A DNA stretch of 64,000 nt. Source: Octopus sinensis (taxonomy: Eukaryota). A program made the position numbers and the translations under genes. Under the pieces are notes generated by a model. It saw only the letters and a list, made by a program, of their open reading frames with translations. It made no database searches and had not been told where the DNA came from. The stretch spans positions 1-64,000 of the forward strand of contig NW_021833114.1 of assembly GCF_006345805.1 (NCBI RefSeq), read 5' to 3'. Numbering within the stretch: the first letter of the stretch is position 1; every line of letters starts with the position of its first letter. This document shows, piece by piece, positions 37,708 through 50,880 of the stretch.

Positions 37708-39518
37708 CAGTTTACCCTCTATTGCTCGCCATTTCTATAACTCGCCACTTTTTTGGAAAAAATGCCATTTTTACTAAGGAAATTCCATTGCTCGCCACGT
37801 TTTAGTATTAAAAAATTAAAATTTATTATTAAAAAAAATAATTTTTTCAAATATTTATACCGCGTGTTTTTTTTTGTAACATGAGGAAGTGCTCAAGATT
37901 ATTTTATGATCAAAAAAGAGAAATTATAAATTATCTTATTGATAATTCTTCTCTAAGTCTAAGGCGTGTTTCAGAAATTTTTTCGTCGCGTTTCAAAAAA
38001 TCAATTTCGAGACGTGCAATTAACGATCTTAAATTGAACAAACAGAAGATTCTTGGAATTAATCCAATTTATGGGAGAAGTTCTCGTTTTTCGAAACTTA
38101 GATATTCAGCAATTGATTCTGAAATTATTGCCTGGATAGATTACATGGAATCTATTGGAGTTTGCCTCAATGATGAGATAATTTGTCGAAAGCAACTGAA
38201 ATTGCTGCGTTAAATCTCTTCGAATTTAAAGCCAGTAAAGGATGGCTTGAAAAGTTCAAAAAAAGGCACAATGTAAAACTAAGAATTTTTCATGGTGAAT
38301 TGGAATATACTGCGGATGAGTTCAAAGACCAAATCGAAGACTTTAAAAAAATTATCTCTTCTAAAATAAATGAATATGGTTCAGAAAATGTTTATAATGC
38401 CGACGAAACCGGCGTATTTTACAAGACCATTCCATCAAAAAGTGTCTGCAGGAAACGCCAACCAGGACAAAAATTACTTAAAGATAGGTTTAACATTTTT
38501 AGCTAATTTTCAGATTTTCATTAATGCTTTGGGCAAATATGACTGGATCCGATAAAAGAACCCCTTTGATGATCGGGCAGTTTAAGAAACCAAGGTGTTT
38601 TAAAAACTTGAACGTTGATGAATATTTACAATACCGGAATTCTTCAAAGGCTTGGATGAACATGGAAATATTTAACGAATGGTTGTATAATTGGAACAAG
38701 ACTCTCAAACAAAAACAAAAAAAGATACTTTTGGTTGTAGACCATTGTCCTTCACATAGAATAACAATCGAATTAAGTGATTCAAATCATTCAAAATCAT
38801 TCAAATCTCATTTCAACAAATTTAAATTTAAACATATAATTGAACAAATAACGCAACTATTGAATGCTATAAAAAATTAACCCTGAAAGATGCAGTCTTA
38901 TTTTCTTATCTAGCCTGGAAAGGTGTGTCAGTGGATAAAATATCAAAATGTTTTCAGCACGCCAAATGGGAAAACAGAATTGAAGAACCTATTATGGGAG
39001 ACCATAAAATAAAAAATTTCGAACAAATTATAGAAAAATTAATGATCACAGATCCCATAAAAGAGAAGGAGTTTATAGACTTTACGTACTCTGAAAATGA
39101 CGAACTTCATGAATTTGTTCAAAACAATAACTATGAAAATAACGATGAAAATGCAATTTTAGACAGTTCAATTACTGAAGATTGTGAAAGAAACAACTGT
39201 ATTACACATCGAGATGCGATAAAATGTATTTTTCACATGACGATAATTTTGATGTGAATATGCTAGAAAGTTTTTTAAAAATGCAAAAAAATATAGAGAA
39301 AAGATCATACAAAAAAACTATAAATGATTGCTTACTTAAAATTTTGGTTTTTTAAATAAATGTTTCGGCTATTTATTTAAATGTTTAGATAGTTAAAAAT
39401 TATAGAAATTTTTTGTTGATAGAAAATAGGATATTGATTATTTCTCTTACTCGCCAAATTCTCTTAGTCGCCAATTTTGGCTTGGTCCCAAAAATGGCGA
39501 GCAATAGAGGGAAGACTT
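37708..39518 (+). mobile_element. Full-length Tigger/pogo element, decayed transposase
   Basis: TIRs CAGTTTACCCTCTATTGCTCGCCATTT / AAATGGCGAGCAATAGAGGGAAGACTT; TA on both sides; FKASKGWLEKFKKRH, NADETG, VDHCPSH; 26-nt intron 38488-38513. Confidence 0.92.
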
Positions 39519-40425
39519 TATTTGTAAACTATTAGGAGCAGAAATTGCAGCCGCATCAACAATAGACAATCCCATTTAAAATTATTCAATGTTGGCCATT
39601 GCATTCCACGTTTTTGAGGTATTTTTTTAATTATATGAGAAGTTTGGCGGGAAACAACGGTTGAAAGAGTAGGTGGTTGGTATATTTGTTAGTTTATTGA
39701 CGATGTGTGTTTTCTTTAATTTATTAATATTAATTATTTATTTCTAACAAGGAATTATTTTAATAAAATTTTAAATAATTTATTCTCTTGTGGTTTATAC
39801 TTGGTCGAAACTTGGAGATTACCCGAAACCCGATCTCCCGGTATCTTGGGAGGAAAAGCAATCAGCTTCATCAGCTACAAGAAGAATAAATTATGATAAC
39901 GCCCAGTTACGCGTTCGCGATGTGACATATTATTTTGGTTATTATCACGTTTATTTACTTTTATTTTTATGAAATTATAATAAAATATTAAACATTTCAT
40001 GTTTATCATATTAATAAACTCTTCCTCGAGTCTACATGCTACTCGAGTAACTCTTACTCATATGAGCACTCTTTCGTCTTTTTAGAGTCTGTCTTTATAT
40101 TCGGAGATTTCATGCACTTCATCAGGAATGCGTGCCCATCTATTTGCATAAGAGTTATCCGCGGGTAAAGGGGAAACTTGAGTAAAGTCAGTGCGATGAT
40201 ATCTGGTATCCTCCTGTTCGCCTCGGCATTTGTCTACCATTGTTCGATTCCGCACCGATATCAGACAATCCTGCTTTCCAATATTTTTTTGTTATTTTTG
40301 TGAATAAATAAAATCCTGACTAAAGTATAGATGAAAGCTTAACTAGGCGATCTCCATAAAAAGAAATTTTATATTTATATATTAATCGTTTTTATAGTTA
40401 TTCATTGTGTGGTGGTATCAGGTCA

Positions 40426-41514
40426 ATGCCGAAATGGCTTGGAAGTAGCAAAAAAAAGTCGAAAAACAATTATGATGTAATCTACGGTGAATTATGTGTG
40501 ATTGGGTAATGAAGATTAATTCTAAACACCAGGAGTGGCCTTGAGATTGGGGAGTCATTGCGACGTCGCCCTCGACAAACATTGTTCAGAAGGAACGTGG
40601 CAAACGGAATTAATGGAGAAATGTTATTAGAAAGAACTAAAATTGTAAATGAAGGTAGTGACTGTGTAGCGTAACAAAAACTATTCGGTGAAATTTAACG
40701 AGGGAATTTGGGAATACGAGGCAGACGATTCCCTGGACATGTTCCAGATCGGTCGGTCACCAGGAGAGACAAACGACATTGTTATGGAAGATAATTTGAC
40801 TGTATCTCGTTTTGCTTGTCGTCTGCTCGTCTCCCGCGACCCTCCTCACACTACGAAATTATATGCGGGAGGATTTAACGATGAACACTTCCTCACACTT
40901 AACCAATCTTTCCAAAGACTCGGGTCGTGGGATGGATTCACGACCAACGGAGTTTTCATCAGGCATGCCGGGCCTGCTCAGGAATGGAAGGAAGTGTCCG
41001 TAAGAGGTGGTGTCTTTCCTCATCGAACGATTCGAACGTCAATGGAACCTTGTGGGGACAACACTCTCCACGATGGCTCACTCATTGATTTGGGTGGCCT
41101 CACTTTTATTTGGAGGAATCCCTTCGCACGACTCACTACTCCCGTACTGATTAATTAATTATTTTAGGATCCACAATCACTCGCATTACCGACCACTTTT
41201 TCCCATGTATTCTCTGGATGTGGTCATGTCTCCAATGAAGATAAATGCCAGGTGTGTCCGATTATCAGTCCTATCCGTCCACTTCTTCTTGGAACTCAGA
41301 CTTGTTTCTATGTCGATGATAATAAACTGACACACTTTTTTACAGCATGTGGACATGTCACCACTCACCTGACTGCAAAGTTATAGTTCCGTGATAAAAC
41401 TTTAGGTTCTGGGCTAATACTAAATTACCATGTGAACAAGACTTTAGGGCTGTTTGTCCTTTTTGTCGTACTCCATTAGAGGGCCCTGCATTTCTTTCTC
41501 TTATACTTTCTTGA
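40426..41514 (+). CDS. PELI: Pellino E3 ubiquitin ligase
   Basis: YGELCVIG, DMFQIGRS, SRFACR, DGFTTNGV, WKEVSV.G, LHDGSLIDLGG, CGHV x2, CPFC; several micro-introns. Confidence 0.93.
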
Positions 41515-41929
41515 CCAAATTATCATTATATAAACAATTTTTATAGTTTAATGATAGTTGTTAAACTTACCATATAAGTTATTCCAAACGGAACTTTTAT
41601 AATAAAATTCTGAAAAAATTAAGGATGAGCATTCCAAAATGTATAAGACAGTTGAGCGTTTTTGTTTACATTAAAGCCTAGCTAAAACTTTGTCTACTTA
41701 AAAGTTAAATCCTTAATTTTAAATTCACGCGTAAACTAATGGACACTTTGAAATCTTGGAAATTAGAATAGATTAATAAAATAATTGAGAAACCAAAATA
41801 TTTTAAAAATTTTGTCAATAATAATTATCAACAAACCGTTGCTGTTAAACGCCGTAAAAATCAATAATCTGTGCCGTAAATTGATTAATCTCCGTCAGAT
41901 TTAAAAATACTTAGTTATTATGTGAGAGA

Positions 41930-42200
41930 AAACTTGCAAGAAAACTTGCAGACATCAAGTTTTCAAACTTGCAAGAAACACTCGGATATGACCTTTCTTA
42001 CAACATCACTTTTCACGATGAAGTAATGACGGCGACAGAGAAATTCAATCTTGTTGATGCCTCCGTGAGACATCAAATGTAGAGAACGAGCATGGGTCTC
42101 CATCTCTGCTCGACAGTCCAAAGGAATGACTAATTTTTCAAATTTCCTTTTCAAATAAAGTCTTTAAATTAAAAAAGATTAATACTTATCATTTTTTTGA
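41930..42200 (-). mobile_element. Ginger2-like integrase HHCC fragment
   Basis: HLMSHGGINKIEFLCRRHYFIV..VRKVISEC, homologous to ORF 4639-4902. Confidence 0.75.
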
Positions 42201-42529
42201 CAAAAATTGGAAGCTTTTTTGGCCAATTCAATCAGATATGGAAACGCTCAGGAGGCACTTAATACCTACCAAAAAAAGGACTTCTAGAACTCTGACCCTG
42301 GGACATCGTCGTCTTACTCCGACCATGTGGCCAGGATCGAACCTTTCAGAAGGATCTCCCTCGCTTGAATCGGGGATCACGGGGATTATAATTAACTGAC
42401 TTACTTCGGTCTTTTGGTCATTAAATAAAATAAATAAAAAAATGCAGACAACAATAAGAAAACACGTAAGGGCGCTTAAAATGAACATTTGGTAGTTCAA
42501 ATTTATCATATTATTAAAATATTACCAAA

Positions 42530-43000
42530 TATAATGTCTGATGAACTCAAACTTTCCGCATCCCACGAACCAATCGATACAAAGGATCTGGGACAAACTC
42601 TCGACCGTAGCATCTTTCGGGAGTTTGAAGTCTGCACTCAACCAGCACTGTTTTGCCTTTCTCCTCATTGTTGCACACCAAACAGCGTTACCTGGCTAAA
42701 TGCATTAGGGGGGCTCTAATCAACGACAGCTCTTTCAGAACCGGCGTCGCCCTACGGCTCGGATTGAATCAATCCACAAGGCATTTATACAGCAGTACGA
42801 GAACGGTAGTAGAGAAAAAACTTCGCTCTTTCTCTTACCGGCGCAGCGCGCCGGCTACCACTGATACGAGGTCCTTCACTTTTAACATTAGAGAAGAATT
42901 GCTATCTTTAGGAGTGAGGCACGCAAATTATCGTGCCTTTTAAAAAGAATTTCAATTGCCATTCCCGCGGGAGTCAAGCAATTCTCTCTGAACACGTAAT
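42530..43000 (+). mobile_element. Decayed CRE LINE fragment
   Basis: WLNAL, FRTGVALRLGL, ISIAIP.G. Confidence 0.6.
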
Positions 43001-43159
43001 TTTTCTTTTTGGATAGTTTGGTTCTTTAAAAAATTTCTAAAGTATGAAAATTTTTTTTCATTTAATGAAAATAAATTTTAAGAAGAGTATTACTCGTATT
43101 CCATGATAATTTTTAATATAATGCCCACACTCGGCATTCAATTTCAAGGTTTACTTACA

Positions 43160-43790
43160 GAAGGCATCAAATTATTAAGGTATCTCTATCGATAGAAAAA
43201 ATAAAATCGTTATTAGTAACATTTTATTTAGAAAATACAAAATTTTAATTTTCATATTTTCCAAAAGTCGCTGAATTTTACTCCATATCGAGAAATCTAC
43301 AATTTTAATTAAACGTGCACTATGTTTTCCAATTCAATTAATTTTAATTCAGTCTGATAGAGATGGGAGAGTATTTCTGTATCGTTAAAATCACTTTTTT
43401 CTTTTAATCGTGCACACCATACTCATTATAAGAATTACCTTGTTTGTCAATAAATTAGTTCGAAGATAGTCATTTTTGATTGCTACACTTTCTTGTTTAT
43501 AAACTGACTCAATTATTACCGTTTATATTTTCATAACGCTGATTATATATCCATAGAATCTTTATTAAGTCGTGTTGGTCTTCAATTATATCCATAAGAT
43601 TTTGAATCTGTCGTCTTCCACTTCTTGGATTCGCCCACTTGGAAAATATCTCAATGAGAGTATAAAGCTCAAAGTTCTTTAAATTTTTATTCTTAACTTT
43701 CATCAATTGGTCAGTCGATTTAATCTATAATTATTTTAATTGGTGTTGTTTAAATACTAAATGCGTCATAAATCACCGGAACAGTCATTT
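43160..43790 (-). CDS. Possible small intron-containing gene, weak TIPIN/Swi3 resemblance
   Basis: ELYTLIEIFSKWANP...QNLMDIIE pattern plus plausible micro-introns; not fully reconstructed. Confidence 0.25.
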
Positions 43791-44280
43791 TAGTTTGTAC
43801 TTTTCTAATTCATGAGTAGACCGTAAAATTTAGCTAAATTTATTACAGAAGATATTAAAAAAATTATTTATGGATAGCAATTTTTGACACGTATATAACT
43901 ACTTCACCTGATGTTTGAGAACAAAACACAGATTATTAGAAAATCGAAAAAAAGAATACTATCAAACCCATAAAATACAAATGAAATCGACAGTTAAAAA
44001 ATTATGAAAACAAATTTCAATGTCCTGAGATGTTCGTTAAGCTACATTTTGAAGATTATTGACAATTATATCATTGTCCAAACACTGTCTTCAGAAAGAA
44101 TGATGGTTTTGTTGGGGAGTTGCTAATTTTTTAAAATTATTGTAGGATTATTTATGTATATTTATATTCAATTTAGTTATTTATAATACTATTTGTATTT
44201 TTGATTAAACATACACCAATATAATAGTCGCCATAGAAAATTAAATGGACCATATATAATTATAACAGCAAGTAATAAAA

Positions 44281-46545
44281 ATGGATCCTACAATAAAAAC
44301 CTCATACCAATTCACTAGTCTACCAAGTAATACAAACATAATTAAATTTGCAGTGCCCGGAGAAAAAAAAATTCATACAAAATTAGACCAAAAGGAATAT
44401 CGCGACTATCTATTGCAACAGATTGCAGTTCAGAGAGATAATAAGCGAAGGTTATATATTTGAAACGTAATTAACAGAGAGAAGGAATTAAAGATGAATG
44501 TTGCTCTAACAGGATCAGTCGATCCTGAAAAATCTCCAAACAGACTTGGGATTTTAGGGAATCCAATTAATTATTCGAATCAGGCTAACCACCCATATCA
44601 GACAAATGAGTCAACAGCTGAAATAAAATTATTTGAGGGAAATAAAGATTTTTCTACCAGAAATGAGGAACTGAATGGAAATAATTTAAAAGAATTGGAT
44701 TCATTGCGCGTTGAAACCTTCGAATCTACAAACCCTCAAGTATGTCGTCAAGGAGATGAGATTTCCAATTCACTTTCTTCGATTCTACATAGACCACATC
44801 GAATTAAGTATTTTCCAGAGTTACTTAACGTGTATATATCCAAATTAACTTTATAAGTACCCCTTTTAGTGTCAGTGTTGTCCCCAAAGAAGAATCTCTT
44901 GTCGCAGAAAAAAGTTCCATTCCGAAATATAAGATAACAAATCCAAACAAAGAATCACCAAATGAGTACTTCCATGCCTCGATTATTTAGCCTGAATACT
45001 GGAATAGGTGCACAGGCGACTAAAATCGAGCAGGTTGATAACAAAAAAAAGTATCAAACCGAACTTCTCAATCAGGTAAATAAATTAGATATTCACAATA
45101 ACTCAGATTCATAATAACAATGAACGAAAAAGGAAGCAGATGGAAACAGAAATCAGGTAAGTGAGTAGTATCAATGTTAGAGAACAAATCTTGGCACAAA
45201 TAGAATATGAAAACAAAAGTCCGTGGGGTCGAGAAGGGGCAGGAGCTCCAAGAAATAAAATTCAAGACGATCTACATAAAAACAAGCACAACAATCCAGT
45301 TAGTGAAAATGAAAATGCTCCACCAACGAAACCATTAAAACAACAAACTAATTTTTACGGAGAAGTGACGTTTGCTCGTGGTGGAAACTCGATTTTTGGG
45401 ACTCCAAAAGTTGATTTTTTTATTAAGCCTTTAGACCGAATTGGAGAAGTTGACAGCGGAACGATATCGTATCGACCTAGAAAGACAGATTGCAGGTCAG
45501 AAAGAATTCAAGCGATTGGAAATGGAAAAAAGAAAGGCTGAAGAGGAGAAGGAATTGCGTGAAATAAAAGAATATCATGATAAAATCACGAAAAGGGAAG
45601 AAGAGGAACGTTTAATCCATTTTGAAAAAGTCATCTAATTAATATTTAAATAATGACGTACAGGAAAGGAAACGAGTAGAGAACATTCAATACGAGTTAG
45701 AAATAAGGAGACATGCTTTTGAAAACAAAAAGAAATACATTTACAAACATGAAGATGTCTCAACTTTTTGTCCCCATAATTCTCCAATTGTTCAAAAAGA
45801 AAGCCAAAACGACAAGGTCGTCATCGAAAAAAATAAGCGTACAAATGATTATTGTCGTTATGTAATAGAATCAAAACTATTAAACCGTTTGGAAGCCTTT
45901 AGAACTCAACTAAATGAAAAAAAGGCTCGATTAGAAAATTTTGTTGACGACCAAAAAGTTTATAGTTTAATATTATTTGCCTAAGAACAAGCGTTGTGAC
46001 AATTCTGCTAAATTAAAAGTTCTAAAAAGTCCTAAAATGAAGGCCCCACAATCTGTATTTAATTATTAGCTGATTTCAGCCTGCTACCGCCCTATCAATG
46101 TCGAATAATTCAATGAAAGATCAACAAGATTACGAAATTCTGTCTGATTTTTGGAAAATATCAGAATTTGACGCAGATTCTGACAAATTTGACTTTGGAC
46201 TTTCGACTCTACCTAGAAACGACTCTGAAGCTTTTATTACAGATATATACGAAGAAACAGATAATCTAGATTCTCAGGTCTACTTTTATTTTTCAGCTTT
46301 TAGAAACAAAAAAACCCTGTTATTCCAACGAAAAAATTAGTTAAACAAATGAAGAGTCTTCGGAAAAAAAGTATAATTTTATTTTCATGTAGTATTGGGA
46401 TGTGATGGAGAGTATTATGATATTTTGTAAATTCAAAAATAATAAATTTAGTGATACTCCAACAAATAAACTTAACATTAAATTCGACTCACTAGCAAAT
46501 ATCGAGGACGACGAAAATTTGTGGACAAACCCTGGGACTGATTAG
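44281..46545 (+). CDS. CSPP1: Centrosome/spindle-pole-associated protein CSPP1-like, multi-exon
   Basis: SPWGREGAGAP, FARGGNSIFG, repeated Y...L..QI coiled-coil motifs; many 25-30-nt introns; end approximate. Confidence 0.72.
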
Positions 46546-46836
46546 TCATTAATATAATTGCTTCTTAATTTGAATATGAACAATGCAGAAATTTTTTTTA
46601 ATTTAGCAACTCTTAAAAATCAAAAAAATCGAATTTTTGTTTTGACTAACAATTTTAAGTTATTTTAAGTTATTGTCTCATCTTTTTCGAAAAAAGGCGT
46701 TAATTATAATTAACATATTTTTTTCTTTTTTAATAATCACATTATTTAAGAAAATATGAAAGGCGAAAGTTACGTGCCAGCGGCAAGGACGCAGTGTGCG
46801 TTAACTTAATTACTCAATTGTCTATACATCATTTAT

Positions 46837-48071
46837 ATTTTTTTTTTTTTTTCACATATTATATGTAATTAACAAATAGTTATTAACTAACTAAATTCCC
46901 GGCATCGTAAATGGAAACACAGTTTCCACGTACTATGGCCAAGGAAATCCTTTCGAAAAGCCACTTGGACTCGCGTGGGTCGCCCCGTTTATGGGAGATC
47001 ATGCGGCCAAGCTTTTTTAGAAAGGAAGAGACTTTTCGCCGATGACGCCGGAAGTCTCGACGGCGATGGGAGTGAACAGATACCGTTCAGAGAGCTCCTT
47101 GTACTTTCCAATCTTCATCTTCTCGGTTTTGCGAGAGACTGAGCCAGGCTCGACAGCTGAAGAAGGAAGGTTGAGCTCCGAGAAAGTGTCTGAACACGTC
47201 GCATCCCATAACAGAGACTTGCCGAACTCAAACGGGAAAGTCGATAGGCCGTCGGGTCTTTTCCGTCTCCCCTCGCAAGCCCGACGGGTTCGAGGATTGA
47301 TGGGATCCCAGCGGCCGTGAGCCCCCTCTGAATAACGTCGTTAAGTGCTGCATGGCGTGGTGCGCGCCCTGCACTGCGACGACAGGAAAGGGGATGTAGA
47401 CCAAAACGGTCAATGACAGCACCACAACGACATTTGTGTATTTCGCAGATTTCCAATCCAAGACGCAATGATAAACCAATTCGTAGGCAATCTTTGTCTA
47501 GTAGGTTACCGGTGGAAGGGACAGGGAGAGCATCCAGCCAGGCCCCACTCCCTGTGCAGCAGCCTGCGCGGAGACATGCAAGTCTGTGCTGATCGAAATT
47601 TTTGCGTAGATGTACGTCAAGAGCTTCACAAGAAATGGCATCCCATTGAGCTTGGATACACGGGTCACTGGGTCTTTTGTTGTACAATGAATCCCAAAGG
47701 TCCAGAGCGGCCACGTTATCAACTGACATTTTTCGTTCGGGAAGGTTTCTGAGAACGATGTCAGTGAGGGCACGGGATGATGCCAGGGACGAGAGGAAGG
47801 CAGGAAGAGCCAGATAAACGGGCGAACGAAGGCCAATCCCCCCGAGATTAACAGGCAGGGAAGATTGAAGCCACCCCAGAGCGTCGAAATGGATGTTGCA
47901 CAGATACTCGGCTCCAGACTTCAAGATAGAATCGATATCGGATAACAGATTAGGCATGCGAAAACAAGGAGAACTCCTTAGGGTGTACAAAAGCCTCGGA
48001 GTTGAGAAATAGTTACGCAGAAGAAAGAACCCGAGGTGGGCATCAATGAGGGAAAGCCGTTCGATCATCAT
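46837..48071 (-). mobile_element. 5'-truncated CRE-clade LINE with poly(A)
   Basis: LPVNLGGIGL, SGAWLDALP, LRLGL, CRCG..HPLSC, RHAALND, LEP.GL.RGDG; T-run at 46837-46852. Confidence 0.88.
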
Positions 48072-48149
48072 TTATATTATAATTCAATTTAAGCTCTTCT
48101 TAAATATTCCATATTTGTAGAATCAGATTCGGAGTAGAATGTGTCCTGG

Positions 48150-48775
48150 ATAATTAAAATCTATGTCACGTCTTTTACCCAACGGATTACCTCAGGGTTC
48201 CCCCTTATCCTCTGATCTATTCAATCTATTTTTGGTAGACCTCCCGTACCTTTTAGACGATAATAATGTTTTATTGTGTTATGCGGATGGCATTGTATTG
48301 GCTTCATAGGATCAGACATCCAGAAGGTCACTGAAAGGATCCAATTTAACCTGGATCGGCTCAATACTTAGCTAATAGATAACTGGCTAGTTGTGAATGC
48401 TGAGAAGTCATCTACGTCCCTCTTCATACCTGATAGAAAATTGGGAAGGAAGACAGTTGCTTTGAAGCTGAACAATGTCTTCATATCTTCCAACAGAAGT
48501 CAGAAGATTTTAGGAGTGACTCTTTATACGCATCTCTGCTTTTTTTACATGTAAATAACATAGTTCTGAAATGCGAAAAAATGAACGTGATGAAAAGCTT
48601 ATTGGGAATATGGAAGAGTGGTTTTTACTCGATCTTGGCAATCAAATATCGTCAATACATCAAACTATGCTTTTCCTACGCTTGTGCTTTACGGGAATCG
48701 CTTCTTTCTTCAACAAACAAGAGGAAAATTGAGAAGGCTCAATTAAGGGCATGCAGATTAACCGAACTTCCTTGA
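48150..48775 (+). mobile_element. Decayed copy of the 33684-family LINE RT
   Basis: NGLPQGSPLS, CYADG, collinear with ORF 33684-34991. Confidence 0.8.
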
Positions 48776-48900
48776 CAGTTTCTTAGATTTTTTCTTCATT
48801 TATTTGATTACATTTTTAGAACATCATTTGTAAGCTGCTCGTTAATTTTATTTTTAGGCAAACATAAAAAATTTATATTAGAATAATTGTCTGCCTTATG

Positions 48901-49201
48901 ATGGAGGTTGTTTGGACACATTCTAAGGATGGATTTAGATGCACCGGCAAACGCCGCTATGGAGGACTATTTCGAAGCTGGGGGTTATCGTTTTCGTGGG
49001 CGACCAAGAAATACTCTCCCGGGTACGCTGGATAGAGACCTAAAGAGGGTTAATAAAGAATTGAGGGCCGGGGACGATCTCAATGCACTACGGGACGTCG
49101 CCCAAGATCGCGGGAAATGGAATAAACTAATTACTCTTATTGTTTCCTGTGCTGCACAAGCTTTGTCATGATCTATGGCATCGCGAAAGTGCCTATAATA
49201 A
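48901..49201 (+). mobile_element. RTE LINE 3' stub
   Basis: WRLFGHILRMD..RGRPR; (TAA)n tail; TSD TCTGCCTTATG (48890-48900, 49202-49212). Confidence 0.9.
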
Positions 49202-49280
49202 TCTGCCTTATGGCATCCTGGATTCTCAAAATTAATAAAATATTTCTGTTATTATCTTTTATTTGTTCATTTATTACATA

Positions 49281-50024
49281 CAGTAAACATCGGTTAATTG
49301 CATAACATTTGTCCACGGAAAATCTTATGCAATTAACCGATATATGCAATTAACCGATGTTTTAATAAAAATCAATAATTTTTTTAGTAGTCAAGAAAAG
49401 AAAATAATCAAAAACGTTTAAAAAAATCATTAATTTTGGACTGTCTAGTCTTCTGGCAAAGGCGTAGGACGCTTTTTTCTAGTTCATAGAAGTTGTCCAT
49501 ATCCATTTCACTTGTTAAATCGCTGTTAGTAAGAAACTGGCGTATTAATCTGCATGTACCCATAACTTCCGAACTGGTTGTTTTCACGGGTATGGGACAT
49601 GTGTAATAATAATTAAATTTTAAAATTACAAATTATAATTATGCAATAATTATTATAATTATAATTACAAATTCTAGACGAAACAAGGATCCCAACGAGA
49701 CTCGTCATCTTTTCCAAAGAGTCCGAGGGAACTGCCAGGCCATCTTATGCGCCGGCAGTTCAAAATAACTGCTTTGCTTTTTTTCTTGAATTGATAAGTT
49801 TTATTTCAAAAAAAAAATTATGCAATTATGCGAAAATTTTTATAAGAAAAAATAGTAAATGTTCCCAATGAGAGTATGCAATTAACCGATTTATGCAATT
49901 AACCGATATGCAATTAGCTGATATTTTTTCAATGGAAACCATATAAGTTATGGTTTTAAACATGAATTTATGCCATTAACCGATTTATGCAATTAACCGA
50001 TATGCAATTAACCGATGACTACTG
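49281..50024. mobile_element. pogo/Tigger-type MITE
   Basis: TA|CAGTAAACATCGGTTAATTGCATA ... TATGCAATTAACCGATGACTACTG|TA; about 8 internal TATGCAATTAACCGA motifs; small CRE stub at about 49675-49770. Confidence 0.88.
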
Positions 50025-50403
50025 TATAAACATTCATTACATATAACATTTATTACATTTATTACATATAAAGAGCTTTCACACTTACCGAAAGGTGGTA
50101 TACAGGTGAAGCTATCAAACCACCAATCTCTTTCGAAACTCTCATTGAGAAGAATACAAAAGGGCATCAATGGTATAAAGAAACGATCCGCCCTCAACGA
50201 TCTTGTGTGGGCTCAAGAGAGCAGCACAGAGCGAAGCTGAGAGCAATGATCAAATTCGTCGGGATCACCTAGTTAGTTTTTTTTTCTTTTGGTTAACGGT
50301 GGTCTTTGGAATAAATTTTGATTTGATTTGATTAAAAATTTTTTTACAAATAATCCAGTCTCATCGCAGTTTAAGATATCCTTAATATAATATTAAATTA
50401 TTA

Positions 50404-50632
50404 ATTCGGCAGCTCAGGGCTTGTTTAATCAAACAACTATATGTTTATGTAGATATATAAACAACCTGGCTTGCTGTAATCTTACTCTAATATTAATGTT
50501 TTTACTTTAGCTGAATGTTTGTATTTAATTATGTACTTTAAAATCTGCTAACTGTCAAGTGGTATTTTAAAATCTTATAATTACACTAACAAGATCGATT
50601 ATGATAATGGCCTGAATTTTGATTCATAGTCT
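50404..50632 (-). mobile_element. Short remnant of the 17806 Helitron family
   Basis: TCGGCAGCTC..ATCAAACAACTATA.GTTTATGTAGAT matches 17810-17925. Confidence 0.65.
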
Positions 50633-50880
50633 ATAAGTGCCCCGAAAACCGAAAGTCCCCCACTTCCGGGGTCGCAACAATAATGGGTTGCACTGTATAT
50701 AGATCTAAAACAGAATTTCCCGTAAAACGTTAATGCTTGATTGTAAAAGCAAAAGTGTAGAAATTCGACATTAATGCTTGAAACGTGAACACTAATGCTA
50801 GTGCTTTCGACGTTAAAGTTCCGAAAACCTTAATGAACAATATTAAGAGAAATTGTTAGATTAGAATTAATAATTACTGT

